Source: Camelus dromedarius
Taxonomy: Eukaryota
Assembly: GCF_036321535.1 (NCBI RefSeq)
Contig: NC_087436.1
Location: forward strand, 112,222,001-112,286,000
Direction: 5' to 3'
Length of the DNA stretch: 64,000 nt
The notes under the pieces: generated by a model
Seen by the model: only the letters and a program-made list of their open reading frames with translations
What the model was told of the DNA's origin: nothing
Databases searched by the model: none
Translations under genes and position numbers: made by a program
Shown: positions 1 through 12,810 of the stretch, in pieces
Numbering within the stretch: the stretch's first letter is position 1
Layout: every line of letters begins with the position of its first letter

Positions 1-1558
1 CGCCCTTCCTTATGACTTCCCTCAACCAATGCAGTTTCGCCTCGCCTCCCTTCCTCCCTCTCCTTCTGGTTCTGATCTTGCTCCAACTCCACATGAGAGC
101 GGACCTTCCTTTCAGGGCGATTTTCCTCTGACTTCTAAATGTGTCTTTCAAATCTGTCCCCTACCACTCCCCCAGTTTCCATTGGTCAGTTCTCTTTGAC
201 TAAAACCAGCCCCATCAGGACCTGAGAATTACCTGGCCTCTCCTCCCATCCTCCATAGACAGAGGGTATGATTTTCATTCCCATTGCATTAGAAAGAAAG
301 GGTCATGAGACAATGGCCAACCTTGTAGGGGAGACGCCCTTTTAGCTTTAAGACCACTAGGAATTGTAGTCCTTAAATAATACCAGAGTTGCCTCTGCTG
401 TTTGAACTGGGCTGTCACCCCTGAAGAGTCAGGGGGAAAAAAGTCAAAGGAGAAAAGCAGAGCCTTTTAATTAAGTTGCCAATAAATTTTACCCACTCCT
501 GGCTAAATTAGAAAATGCATAGAAAGAATGGCCAGATGTAAATAAATCAACCCAGAAAGTGCACACAAGTAGCCTCTTTATTCATCTAATTCTGGAGTTT
601 TAGAAACTAACATTTGTTAGTTTTCACTAACAAATGAAAGTAAATTCCAGAGAATTCTGGAACTCTGACATAGCTACTTAAAGGCACAGTGGCTGCAAGA
701 ATTCGGATCAGTTCACCAAATGTTTTCTGAGCTCCTACTATGGGCTCCACACTACTGGTAATACCAACATCTGAAAAACAAACAAGAGAAGACCCAGGCT
801 CTGTCACTGAAGAGCTCACTGTCTAATAGAAGGATGATAAGAGGTTCCTGTCTCCTGCCCATTCAGTCTCCTGGTGTCAGCTCACAGGACACAGTGTTGA
901 GAAGGATCCTGAGGCCTAGATTGGATTTGGTGGGCCATCCATTGGTGATGTCTGCCATGGGTGCAGAATACTAGCGTAGTTGTCTGTATTTTGACATACC
1001 TAGTCAAAATCATTTCAATTTTTCTAAAGAGCACCTAGTTTTTCTTACTTCATTACGCTCTTCAAACCAACAACTGCGTTTTGGTGGAAGATACTTATGT
1101 CAAGGGGGTTTTTAATGAGTTGAGACCCTTTGGATTTGGTGAGAATCAGTCACCATTAGAAAGCTGCGAGTAGAATTTCAGCACTGCCCCTGCACCATGC
1201 AATTAAAGATGCTTTCATCAAGTAAAACTTAGAGATGGCTGGGAGAAACAGGGAAGTCATCCAGGAAAATATGTAAATTTCTCTGTGCACTCTGGCCAAA
1301 TGGATGTCAAATGATAAAGCCTGGCTGGCTTGTAATGACCACATCTTTTAACCCCATCTACTGAATGACCCACACCACCTTCCAGTTTAAATAAAACTGC
1401 AGTCTGCAGACTTTAGCTGCCTCATTCAAAGGCACAAACAGACTGGATGTGCTACCCCGACCACAGCTGTGGTCTGCCCAGCTGCCATGGCAGCAACGTG
1501 TGTGTCTGGTGAGGGCTAGGGTTTAATCCTTGGATTCTGCTTCTCACTCCATGAGCAG

Positions 1559-1663
1559 GGGCTAGGAGCCATCCCGAACTGCAGCCTCAACCCTGGGAGG
1601 GATGGAGACCTGTGTCATTCAACAGCAGTGACCCCTTCTGGCCAATTTAAGGAGAAGCATTGA
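1559..1663 (+). CDS. LDB2: LDB2 alternative 3' coding exon (short, LID-lacking isoform C-terminus GLGAIPNCSLNPGRDGDLCHSTAVTPSGQFKEKH*)
   Basis: Pyrimidine tract and CAG at 1556-1558, then a phase-0 reading of 34 codons to TGA at 1661-1663. The peptide matches my recollection of the mammalian LDB2 short isoform (CLIM1b) C-terminus. It is absent from the ORF track because it has no start codon. Confidence 0.9.
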   Translation, partial: GLGAIPNCSLNPGRDGDLCHSTAVTPSGQFKEKH

Positions 1664-4583
1664 GGGGCCCTGAAAGGAGTCACTTCCAGTCCTCCTCAGA
1701 GGTTGGTGGTCCTTGCACGGGGGATTAGTGAGAAGGTGTGACACGGGCAAGAGCTGGTGGCGCCTCCCGGCCTCCGGCGAGGAGCAGAGGTCTGCCTCGT
1801 GGGGAGTCGAGGCCATGTGGGTTACTCTCAGATGGACAAGTATTGCCTCCTGTGGGACACACGAGACAGCAGATGGGAAGGAAATGCACCTCTCACTGTT
1901 GAATGTTGGGGGGGATTTTAAAGATGTGGGGGTGGGGGGAAAGGGTGCCAACATTCCCTAGTCAGAGGGAGCCCAGAATGTGTATTATTCTCCATTCCTT
2001 TTGTGTGAGGATAACAAATCAAGCCCACCTGAGTGGAGAACCCCTACCCAAGTCTAGAGGTTTAGAAGAGCCAGGTAGAGACGTGTACACAACTGTGTAA
2101 GTGGCCTCAGGTGTCTATGTGCGTATGAAGTCCGTAGCACACGTCTCTTTTATAACTTACCATCTATTAATCACTCACACGTGTGCTCACTTGTGTACAC
2201 ACACATACGTGCATGATAATGTATCCAGCTAAGGCTATTTTTTATAATCAGTAAGGCAAATGTGGCATCTCCCTGGAATTTAGGATGCTCAAAGATATGT
2301 CTGCCTGGACATCTTTTCCAGCTGTTCCTGGAACAAACATAGAGCAAACATACTATGAGCCTGTATGAGCCCCATTTGAAGTGATTCAAATCACTATTTT
2401 CTTAGTACTTTTCTGGAATGACTGTTATTTTCTGATACAATGAAGGCATCTGGAGTGTTGGGAACTTCTCTAATATCACGCTTAAGTTGGCTGCTTCTTT
2501 TTCCCAGTGATACTTACCTCCTCACATTCTCCTAGCCTCTGTCGATGATCCTGAGCTCACAGTACTAACGCAGACCCATGTGTGGGTCCTAACATGCTTC
2601 TCCTGCCCCGTGACACCTTATGCATGTGTTTTACCTTCCCTTCAGAGAGGGCTACACACAAGTCGTGGAATGAGATAAGCCCCCATGTCGTCCTCTGCCC
2701 AGCTTAACCTGGTCCCTGGTCTTTCCACTTGCCTTCGTTCCTGATCATAAGCGCGGTCTCCTAATTTCCTCTAACAAATGGTGCATTCCTCTCCTGAACA
2801 CCCCAGCGGGTCAGGTAGAGGCCATGTTCCACATAAAATCCTACTGGCATTCTCGCCACTCAGAGTCTGGGTCCAGTTTGCATCTCACCTGAAGAGTCCT
2901 CCTCCCAAGTCTCCTCACTGGTCAGTGTCACATCCGGTTCTTTGTTGTGTCACACGTACGTTCTTGGAAGCACACAACAGAATATCCTGCCAGTACCCAG
3001 ACTGCTGAGTCTGTCCAGGTTATGTTTTAGGCATTTACTTCATCTGGGGCATTTCTCTTTAAAATCATTGTCATCAGATTCCCTAGACTGATTGGTCCAA
3101 AAACACAGAGTGAAACCTATTGATTCTCTCCCCTAATTCAAGGGGAATCAATCAGTCAAACAAACAAGGTTCCATTCCAAAACAAACCAGGTAGTCATTA
3201 AGGATTTGTTCAGCTGGTGGGGTCTCTGGACCCTCGCTTGCCCACAGGCATATACCACCAACATAGTGCCCCCAGAAAGCCTCTCTTGCCCGTGAAAAGA
3301 ATGCTTGCCCTGTTGTCTAGGTGTTTCATCAAATTAGCCACCCTCTCGGGAAATGCACACTTAGAACTCCACACGCGTCTGGTCCAGCCTGGCTTTCCAG
3401 CCTCGGCGGAGGCTGACGGCAGCTGGGTAGGCTCCTGGGTCATGGCACTCTCAAGCAGATGATTACACAGAGCCTACCCATCAATATTCACCTGACAGGG
3501 GGCCTGTCCCGTGCCAGGTCACTCGTCAACCCCGTAAGGTCCACTTTGAACAGAGAGGCCAGCATCGTGTCCTTCTCCCTGGTCCCGGTGCCTCTCCAGC
3601 AGTGGCCTCCACGATGCCCCTGGCCACAGTAGGTGGCCTCCTGGTTCGCACGGAAGGACAGTTTGTACTTACAGGAGAGATTAGATGGGTTCTTCTCGCA
3701 TGTTTCCGTTTCCGATGACTACCCGCTTCATCAGTATAATTATAATTAGCACTCTTCATCTTCCCTTTATGGCACCAGCTGGACAGACCGGTTCTCTTTA
3801 CTGCCCAGATTGGTGGCAGGGTTGCCTGTGTGGGGATAGGTGACAGGAACCATGGAATAACAGATGGTAAATTCAGGGCTTGTTGGCAATCAGCAGGTTT
3901 TTGCTAATGACTTAATTAGCTATGCAAATTGTCAAATCAGTGTGAACATTGTTTTTATCGAAAACTTTACCTAAATTAATTACCATAATTAAGTAGCAGA
4001 ATGTCAAGGATATTGGCTGCATAAAAGGGGCTGGCTGAGTAGAGCAAAGAGAGATCTGTCTTCAATTAAAATGCATACCGTCCTCGGGACAGAGAAAATG
4101 CCATTTGGAACAAGTTGCGTGACTATTGCAGGAATGCATCGTCCCTGTGTTGGCTGCTAGTTTCCAAAGCCCCTCAGAGGCCCTACACAAAACTGGTGGA
4201 TTTTTGGAGGTATTGAAAAGCACCCAGCAGAAGGTTCCATAGCCCTCTCAAGAGTCCCCAGTGTCAGCAAGTTAAAAGCGTGGATTTTTTTAATTTTGAA
4301 AAATCCATTTTTTTATTTCTGCAGATTGCTAGCATTGCTCGCTCTCCGGTGTCAGGCTGCGCACTAAGGACATAAACTCGCGTGGTTGTTACACGTCAGG
4401 AGGCGATGTTTATTTCCTGTAGAAAGCAAATATGCGTCTTGGCCCCCCGACATTGAGACTTGACCCCGGTGTGCAGTACACGAGCGTGTCTGTCCTAGAG
4501 CCCCCAGCTCCTCCCACTAGTGTTTTAAGCTGAGCTTCTCTCTCCCAAGGTTTCCCTGTAATAATGTCAGCTGCTGTTCACAG

Positions 4584-4814
4584 GATGTGATGGTGGTAGG
4601 AGAGCCAACTCTGATGGGAGGTGAGTTTGGGGACGAGGACGAAAGGCTAATCACTAGATTAGAAAACACGCAATATGATGCGGCCAACGGCATGGACGAC
4701 GAGGAAGACTTCACCAATTCACCCGCCCTGGGGAACAGCAGCCCATGGAACAGTAAACCTCCCGCCACTCAAGAGACCAAATCAGAAAACCCCCCGCCCC
4801 AGGCCTCCCAGTAA
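4584..4814 (+). CDS. LDB2: LDB2 terminal coding exon with LIM-interaction domain (DVMVVGEPTLMGGEFGDEDERLITRLEN...PPPQASQ*)
   Basis: Acceptor CAG at 4581-4583, then GAT GTG ATG. Diagnostic LDB LID motif, with an LDB2-type rather than LDB1-type C-terminus SKPPATQETKSENPPPQASQ. Stop TAA at 4812-4814. Confidence 0.97.
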   Translation, partial: DVMVVGEPTLMGGEFGDEDERLITRLENTQYDAANGMDDEEDFTNSPALGNSSPWNSKPPATQETKSENPPPQASQ

Positions 4815-5925
4815 GATTGACCGGCACCAGAATCCACTGTCAATAGCCCCGTGGGTTACACTCTCTATTTCAGAACCTTACTTACAGGAGAGGAAGGAGG
4901 AGAAATTAAAACTTTTCCACGCAAATACCGATTTCTAAACCACAATGATCTGAGCTTCTTTCTTTCTTCCTTTCTTTTTTTTAACTGAGAGGATCATTCC
5001 AAATAAACTTCCATGACCCTTTCCTGGAGGCCTTCACAGGTAACACAGATACTGGCACTGATCGTAATTAAAACAAGAGCAAACGCTAGCGCTTCTCCTG
5101 GCTCAATTTTAACCACGTTTGTTAATTTCCTTTTCCTGCATCCAACGAAGGCCATATTGTCCATAAGCCCTCAGTGCTCAGGATCTCATTATATGCCGAA
5201 CCCAACTACCGATGACTTTTTAATATTGTAAAATATTTTCTGCTTTTTGACTTGCATCTGAGAGTTTCTTGTTTCAGTAAAAAAAGAAAAGGAAAAAAAA
5301 TCCGTTTTGGAAAGTAATTTAAATGTACCTTTATTTGTTTTTTTCCTTCACCTTTTCTTTCATTGGGTAACAGCTAAGAGGGCCCAGCAGGGTAATTTGT
5401 GGCCGAGCTGATGTCAATTGGTCCTTGAGCCCGAATTGTTTCAGTCGAGCCCGAGTGCTGAAACAAGAAATGTCTTTTTGTTATCAGAAACACCAAGGCA
5501 GGTTTTTATGTAAAGAGAGACACTTGGCCCCTTGAGAATGTATGAGTTTGTAAAATTGCTGTTAATCCAAATATTTCTAAGCCATGTAATCCATTATTTT
5601 TGTGGGCAGTTTAATAAATCTGAAACTCTTTTGTGTGTGTGTGTTTTTTTTATTGTATCTGAGTTGACTGTTTCTTTTCATGGTATATTTCCTGTATAAT
5701 ATTTTGTAAAGCCCTCACCTGGTTCTTTTATGGGACTTTTCTTTGGGGGCAATTCCAGTGTATTTATGTGAAACTTTATGAAAGAACTAATTTTTTCCAT
5801 TTGCATATTAATATGTTCCTCCACACATGTAAAGACACAGTGGCTCCGTGTGTTATAAAGCAGCTGTATTTTATGTATGCTTCACTGATAAGTGTGCCAA
5901 TAATAAACCGTGTTAACAACCAAAG
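4815..5925 (+). other. LDB2: LDB2 3' UTR (end approximate)
   Basis: Repeat-free, U/AU-rich stretch from the stop codon to just past AATAAA at 5902-5907. Confidence 0.85.
5902..5907 (+). terminator. LDB2: Probable main polyadenylation signal AATAAA
   Basis: AATAAA preceded by several TGTA elements and followed by GT-rich sequence. Base composition changes just downstream. Confidence 0.75.
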
Positions 5926-7362
5926 CATGTGAGTCTGGATGCTTGTGAGAGCTGGCGGAGAAATCTGCCCACAAGGAAAAGTCCGGAGCCGGGATCCAGG
6001 CCCCTGACTCCACATGGGGGGGAATTGTGACAATCGTGCCATCTTTAACGAGTGTGGCTTCTTCCTCTGCTCATCGCAGTTTACTTGCGCAGACCCAGGA
6101 GTGCCTTCTTTGCGCCGGGAGGGCCCTGCACTGGCCAAGGACACGAGGATGGGAAAAGAAGGACTGGCCTGTGTTCCCAGGGCTGGCCAAATGCAGAGGC
6201 AGTGGCTTCCACTCGCTGGCTGCTTCCTTTGCACCAAACATTTCTATTCAAGGTCCACAGACATTATTTCAGTCAATCCTCACATCTCCACCAAATAGGC
6301 ATCAATCTCCCCATTAAAAAAAGAAAAATCAGTGCCTCAGCTTACCTATTTTTCTAAAAGATTTGTCTACAGAGATTATGGAAAAGTCACTTGAGGACTT
6401 TCTGTTTAAAAAACTTTCATTATATTTTCCCACTTTGTACCAGGGAGGAAGATGAGAGAGGCCATCTGTTAGTATTCACTGCATGTGTATGAAGCTCCAG
6501 GCAATAGTAAGACAGCGTCACAGCCTGTTCTGGAAAAGAGGGGCTTGAAAAGGGAAGCTAAGTGAGGGTACATGTCTTTGGTTGAGATTTCCAGAAGTGG
6601 AGACTGAGACCAGGATTCGGGGGCAGGGGTCACAGATTTTTTTAAGGGAATGTTCTTCAGTTTAAAAAAAAAATTCTTTAACAGAGTGAAAGGGGTAAGG
6701 ATAAGGAAGAGGGAAAACCTAGAAAAGCTGTGGACTCAGGTAGCCTGCTTCTTGAACTTGGCTCATGGAGCAGGGGAAGGCTCAGAGCACAGATCTTACT
6801 GTAGACTTATCCCCGCTGAGCTAAGCTCCCAGACTTCTGTGCACCTGTCCCAGCCAGGCATTGCCTGGCGCCATCCCCAGGGTGTGTGGGAGCTGGTAAC
6901 CTTTAAGAAACATGGCTCCCATCAGCCAAGAGCTGTTCTGCAGAGAAGAGGCAACAGTGGCAGCATCTCGGCAGGGGTGTGCCAGTCTCAGAAAGAGCGT
7001 CCGAGTAGGGCCAGACAGTCTGCCTCATTAAGTGACTTGCCCCATCTCAGAGCTCCCAGGTGATACAGCTGGGATTTGGTTCTGCACCTCCCTTGACTAC
7101 AAAGCCTGAGTTCTTTCTAGAGCATCACATTGCATCCCTGGAACATTGGCATTTTGAGGAAACTTTGTTGCAGTGTGATAGCAACAAAGCCAAAGGAAAT
7201 ACAGGAAAACGGCTACTTCGTTGCTTCCCCACGAGTGTACTGCTAAGGGAACTGCCCGTTTATCCCCCACCCCCCTCACCACTGTAGGTTTTCTTCCATT
7301 GATTCTTTAAAGACACGAATAGCAATCATTACAGGCAATGGCTGGGACAATGTATTTGACGT

Positions 7363-7858
7363 CTGTTCTAGTTCTCTGTTGCTGGATAGAAAATCAACCC
7401 AAAACTCAGAGGCTCAAGAGATAATTTATTATTATCTGTCACCCTGCTGAGAGCTCATTGGTCTCTGCCAGGCGGTCTGCACTCAGGGGCAGAGATGCTG
7501 GCTGGGGCTGGAGTCATCAGAGGTTTGGCTGGGCTGGACATTCAAGATGGTGCAGTCGCGTGGCTGGCTATGAGGCAGGAGCTGAAGCAGAGCTGTTGAA
7601 TGGAGTGTCTTCACGTCACCCCTCTATGGGGTTGTCGCAAAATGATGCTTGGATTCCATGAGCCAGCATCCCAGGAGAGGAGAAACATAACTGCCAGTGC
7701 CTAGAACAGAAACACAGCACTTCTCGATGCTACCCATCAAGGCAGCCCAGATTCAAAGCCTGGAGGCACAGACTCCACCCTTGATGGGTAAGTAGCCTGT
7801 GCCTCCAAAAAGGGGAGGAACTGATGGTGACCGTCTTTGGAAACAAACATCCGCAACA
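7363..7858 (-). mobile_element. MaLR solo LTR (MLT1G/H-like)
   Basis: MLT1-type motifs: ggctggggctggagtcatc, ggacattcaagatgg, cagcccagattcaa, gactccacc, ccgtctttggaaa. Confidence 0.7.
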
Positions 7859-8636
7859 TCCCACGTGGTTCACAACCTGGTCGTCGCTCACCTCTCACTC
7901 GTATCTTTAGCTCTTCCCGCTTGTACCTGATTCACATCTACCGAGACTCCTCTGAATACACCAAATGCTTATGTCACATGTGTCTTTTTCCTCTTACAGT
8001 GCTGTCCCCCACCTGCTTATGTAGCCAACGCTATTCATTCTTAAAGGGCCGGTTTGATTCTCGCCTGCCCTGAGATGACTCCCCATCTCTGGCCAGGGTC
8101 TGCTGTCCCCTCTGGGGTCCAAGAGCACTTGGTTCTCGCTTCTACCTTAGAGCGTTCTTTACAAGTTAATATTGTTAAATACTCATCACTGTCCCACTAG
8201 ACTCTTCGAGGTCTGATTAGTTTCCCGTCTGGATCCTTAATATCTAAACTCTATCACACACGTTGGTGGAATAGATACAGTTAAAAACTCCTAAACAAGA
8301 AATCATGAAATCACTGCGTACCACGTAGTTTTCTGTGAAGTTTCAAACAGTCTGCAGTTCTGTAGGACAATGTAAAGTGACGTTTATCCCTGTAGGTACA
8401 TGTGAGGGTGTGAGGTAGCAGAGATGAGTGTGTGAAGGTTCTCAGAGGTCAGATCAGCACAAAACAAACATTTTATGAAACCCTGGCTCAAGCCTAACTT
8501 CTATTACAGAACCCTCTTGAGATTTGTCAGGCCCAGAATAATCCTAAGGGCTACAGTTTATTAAGTCCACACTCTGTGTCAGGCACTTGCTGGGGCTTTA
8601 CCTGGGTTATCTCAAACTGGGAACGCAAGGATGGTG

Positions 8637-9010
8637 CAGGAGTTGGGTTTTGCTTTGTCATGATCTCCAAATCTCAGCAGCTTATGACCACAGGCATTTT
8701 ATTGTTCTCACTCATGGGACTGTGAGTCATCTAGGACAACTCTATTTATTTCAGGTCTGCCCCACAGGTCCCTTTCTGGGACAGTGGATCCCCAAGGCAT
8801 GCTCCTCTCTTGGAAGATTCTGGAGGAAGTGAAAGGAGATAGGCCAGATCACACACACACACACACACAAACATCTGCTCACGTTGCATCCATTGGCCAA
8901 AGCAAGTCATGAGGACACCCCAGCGTCAGTGGGGTGGGGTGACACACTCTACCTCTGCAGGCTCCAATGGCCACGGACATGCATGAACAACTGGGAATCC
9001 AATCTGCCAC
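8637..9010 (-). mobile_element. MaLR solo LTR (MLT1I/J-like) with a short (AC)n
   Basis: ccaaatctcagcagctta...cattggccaaagcaagtcat...aatctgccac, typical of MLT1. Confidence 0.6.
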
Positions 9011-9034
9011 TGTCAACTGGTGTCTGGAAAAGTT

Positions 9035-9140
9035 TTAATTATTTGCCAACATTTAAAAACTGATACACTTCCTATAAAAATTAAAGTTGCTTGCTTCTCT
9101 TAGCAAATCTGATCTAACAACCATGGGATCACACTTCTGA
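9035..9140. mobile_element. hAT-Charlie fragment (MER102-like)
   Basis: ttgccaacatttaaaaa...taaaaat...gcttctctt...gatct motif. A similar fragment lies at ~27520-27720. Confidence 0.45.
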
Positions 9141-10891
9141 ATCCCTGGATGGTAACAGTTGGCTGGCGCCAAGTCATGGCCACCCTGCTGGGATGCTCTC
9201 CAGCTTGCCATACCCAAACCATTTTGCTCACTCGCGCTACCAACCGGGCTTCTGTCGGCTACTCTTATCAGTTATACCAATGCTCTCTACTCCTTAAAGC
9301 TGTGTTTGGAAGTTGGCATTAGGGGCCCATTTTACAGGTGTGAAGACTAATGATCAATTAACCTGCTTAATCCATCTCAAGGGCATCTGACAAGGGATTT
9401 ATAAATAGGTGGCCCAGTCCCTGTTGGAAATTGCTTCTCTCTCCTTCTTTCTTTAACCTTGTGGTGAGAATTTAACGCAATAGGATAACACAACCCATAC
9501 TGGAACTACTTGGGGTGGAGTACAGTGGGAGCAAGACCAACAAGGTCAATTTCCCTAAAGCAGGATTGGCAGCATCCTTGGGAAATTCATTTTATCATAG
9601 GCTACCCTCTCCATCTTCCATTAAAAAAAATAGGCTTTTTTTTCTGATTGTTAGGCAATATATGCTCATTGTAGATCATCTGAACAAACAGAAACAAGAA
9701 GAAAAGAAAGTAAGTCCCCTACTTTGATATAACTATTGCTAATATTCTGATACATACCCTTCCAGTTTCTTTCTTCTTGGAGCATATACATTGCAATATT
9801 GATAATATACAGAATAGACAATTGTGGACCTGCCCTTTTTGTATAAGGTTGTGTCATGAGCTACCTCATTAACTATTCTTCAAAAACATGATTTTAATTT
9901 CAATATAATGGCCCACTAATGGAATATACCATAATGCATTTAGCCATTTATTTATGGCTGGTCAACTCCCTTTTTACATCTGGTTAGAATTTCATAATCA
10001 TGAATAAACTGGTTGAAAGCTGATGAGTGTATTAAATTGAAATTCACCTGTTGGCTATTTTCCCTGTGCCCAGCACCATGCTGAGCATTGACGAGGATTC
10101 CTGTATCTGGTCCTACCTTCAAGGTGCTTACAGTTGAAATAGAAGACAAGTACGTAAAATGCTACCCAAGCCTATGGGGCTGACTATACTCAACAGAGCA
10201 TTGGGAATACAAGCTCTGGGAGCGTATAGATAAGGAACTCACATTCACTGTGTGCTACTGTGTCGTGCCCTGCATCTTACTGGGCCTTCACTACAACCAG
10301 AGATGCAGGAGTTTTGTATCTGAAGCTCAGAGAGGTTGACTAAGTGGCCCCAGGTGATACAAACAGAAAATAGCAAGGTCAAGTTTGAATCAGCACATGA
10401 CTCCAAGGCCTGTTCTCTCTGTGGGGAGCTGCAGGAAATCCCTGGGGAGGCAGCAAAAGCTGTGATTTCGTGTTGGCAGGAATGACTTCACAACAGAGGG
10501 GATGACACTCTGATGCTTGTACACACATCTGAGTGTCTGGTTGGGTCTCTGAATTGGCTCCCTGGTTTCACCTCCTTTGATCCATCACTAGTGTCAAGAT
10601 GGTGTCTCTGATCATTGAGGACATTGAGGAGTTTGCATTTTGAACAAAACCTAATGCATCAGCTTTGCTGGTGTTTATATAAAGGTGTTTTTTAAACTGG
10701 AAGCCACTGAGCTAGAAAAGGCACTTGGAAGGTTATTAAAACTATAAATTAAGAAAACTGGTGAAGCAGTTGCTGTGGTCCCACTCATCCCTGTTTTATT
10801 TTCAATACCTCTTCATTCCAGAACTTTACCATCGTGTACAAAGAAAAGTTTCTTTATTTTCTAATGACCTTCAACGAATCTCTAGAAAACA

Positions 10892-11239
10892 CAGTTAGCC
10901 CTCATAGCAGGTGATTGGTTCCAGGACAGTGCCCCCCTTTACCCTCCCACCCCCAACCCTCCAACCTTCCCATACACACACCTGGGATGCTCACATCCCT
11001 TATACTAAATGGCATAGTATTTCCATATAAGCTTCGCACATTCTCCTTTATACTTTAAATCATTTCCAGATTCCTTATACTGTCTTATACAATGTAAATG
11101 CTATGCTAAATAATAGTTGCCAGTGGACAAATTCAAGTTTTGCCTTTTGGAACTTTCTGGAATTTATTTTTCAAATGCTTTTGATACACCGTCAGTTGAA
11201 TTTGCAGGTGTGGAACCTGCGGATATGGAGAAATGACTG
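10892..11239. mobile_element. Tigger-derived MITE (MER2-like)
   Basis: Termini cagttagccct... and ...gcggatatggagaaatgactg-ta. Internal ggttccagga and tacaatgtaaatgctatg motifs. Confidence 0.8.
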
Positions 11240-11959
11240 TATTTATTCCTGAGTTAGGCAAACAGGTTTGGGAGGAAGTTTTTGTCTGTATCTCTTCCAG
11301 AGCTGACTATCTGTGTCTTGAGCCCTTTTCCAGTAATAAGTCATTCTCTCTCTTTTTATTCTTAATTGCTAAAAGTGTTAAATTCAGTCTTCTGGGGTTT
11401 GCAAATTCTTCTGTCATGTTTTAATGAAAGTGTTAATGCTCTTAGAGAAATCTGCAAAAATTCACGAATGAGTGTGAAATGGATTTAACTCCTGAGGCCT
11501 AGCTATAGCAAAAATGAGATCAAAAAAAAAAAAAAAAAGGAAATTTACATTTTGTAGGAAGAGGGAATTTTGGAAAACCTAGGCACCATCTAAGGGATCA
11601 AACACAGTTTGTTGACTGTGGCAACCTGGGACCTTGTGCTGGGAAAGCTTGTGAGGAGCAGCTCACCGGGAGAAGAGGAGCGTGAACTGTTAGCAATGCC
11701 TGCCACTGTGCAGGAGCAGGGGGCTCAGACTGGCCATCTCCGCCCTAAACCACAAGCATTTCAAAGGCAGAATCCTATGGAATTCATCACAATTGTTTCC
11801 CTATTACAGGGTGACTAACCCCATTTTCCTGAATCTGTCCCAGTTTTCACACTGAACATCCCTCTTCCTGGGAAAGTCCTCGAGCCCAGGCCAACCTACC
11901 CATCCATGTAACAAAACAGACTTCTTCATAATCGTACAGCTACAACTTAGTGTGTGTAT

Positions 11960-12140
11960 TTGCCTTCTAGGCACTTTGCACATGTTGATTACAATCCTCA
12001 TACCCACTCGGCATAGGGAGGTGCTAATGTCATCACTTTACAGGTAGGAAAACTGAACTGAAGAAACATTAAGGAAGATGCCCAAGGACCTCCAGCTAAT
12101 AAGTGAGAGAGCTGACATCCAGTCCCAGGGGTGACTGACC
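11960..12140 (-). mobile_element. MIR SINE
   Basis: aatcctca...ttacaggtaggaaaactga...cccaagg...cagctaataagtg core. Confidence 0.6.
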
Positions 12141-12574
12141 TCCCAGATTGTGCTTTTTTTTTTTTTTTTTTTGCTATTCCCATAGCTTTGAACTTTTATG
12201 CTAAATAAGACCAAGGTAAGTGCAAGATATAAAATTAACTCAGAGAAACAATCAAGCATCAGAGACCTTGAAAGCCCCTCAAAATTCCCAAGGAACCAGA
12301 GTCCTGGTTGTGCAAGCCAGCTACACACCTGCCTCCAACACCATCACTCCTGCAGTTACAGGAGAACGCTGCTGGCTCACCTGAAAAAGCCACCAAGCAC
12401 TATTGAACTTGGCCAATTAGAAAGTATTCAGGACAAATGACAACAGCAACAAACAGTGGGCAGAACAAGGATTATTTCACTTGGCCCAGTGGAAGCCTCC
12501 CTGTGTAATGGAGGTAAATCCAGCCTGTCTTAATGACTCGCCCTTCGTTTTGCTCAAGGCAAGAGGGCAGTTAG

Positions 12575-12810
12575 GAACTTGAGATGTGCAAATATTAACC
12601 ACTACATATAAAAATAGATTAAAGAAACAAATTTCTTCTGTATACTACAGAGAACTATATTCAATATCTTGTAATAAACTTTAATGAAAAAGAATATGAA
12701 AACGAATATATGTATATACATGTTTGACTGGGACATTATGCTGTACACCAGAAATTGACACATTGTAACTGACTATACTTCAGTTAAAAAAAGAAAGAAA
12801 GAAAGAAAAA
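12575..12810 (+). mobile_element. L1 3' end, heavily 5'-truncated, artiodactyl/camelid type
   Basis: gaactatattcaatatcttgtaata...ctgtacaccagaaattgacac...tatacttca followed by an A/(AAAG)n tail. Confidence 0.85.

Noticed and set aside
3620..3640. CTCF-like motif acagtaggtggcct
   Set aside because: Only a partial match to the core, not supportable without PWM scoring or ChIP data.
5776..6357. Overlapping ORFs up to 153 aa near the LDB2 3' end
   Set aside because: No recognisable domain. The longest is antisense over the poly(A) region, and such lengths are expected by chance.
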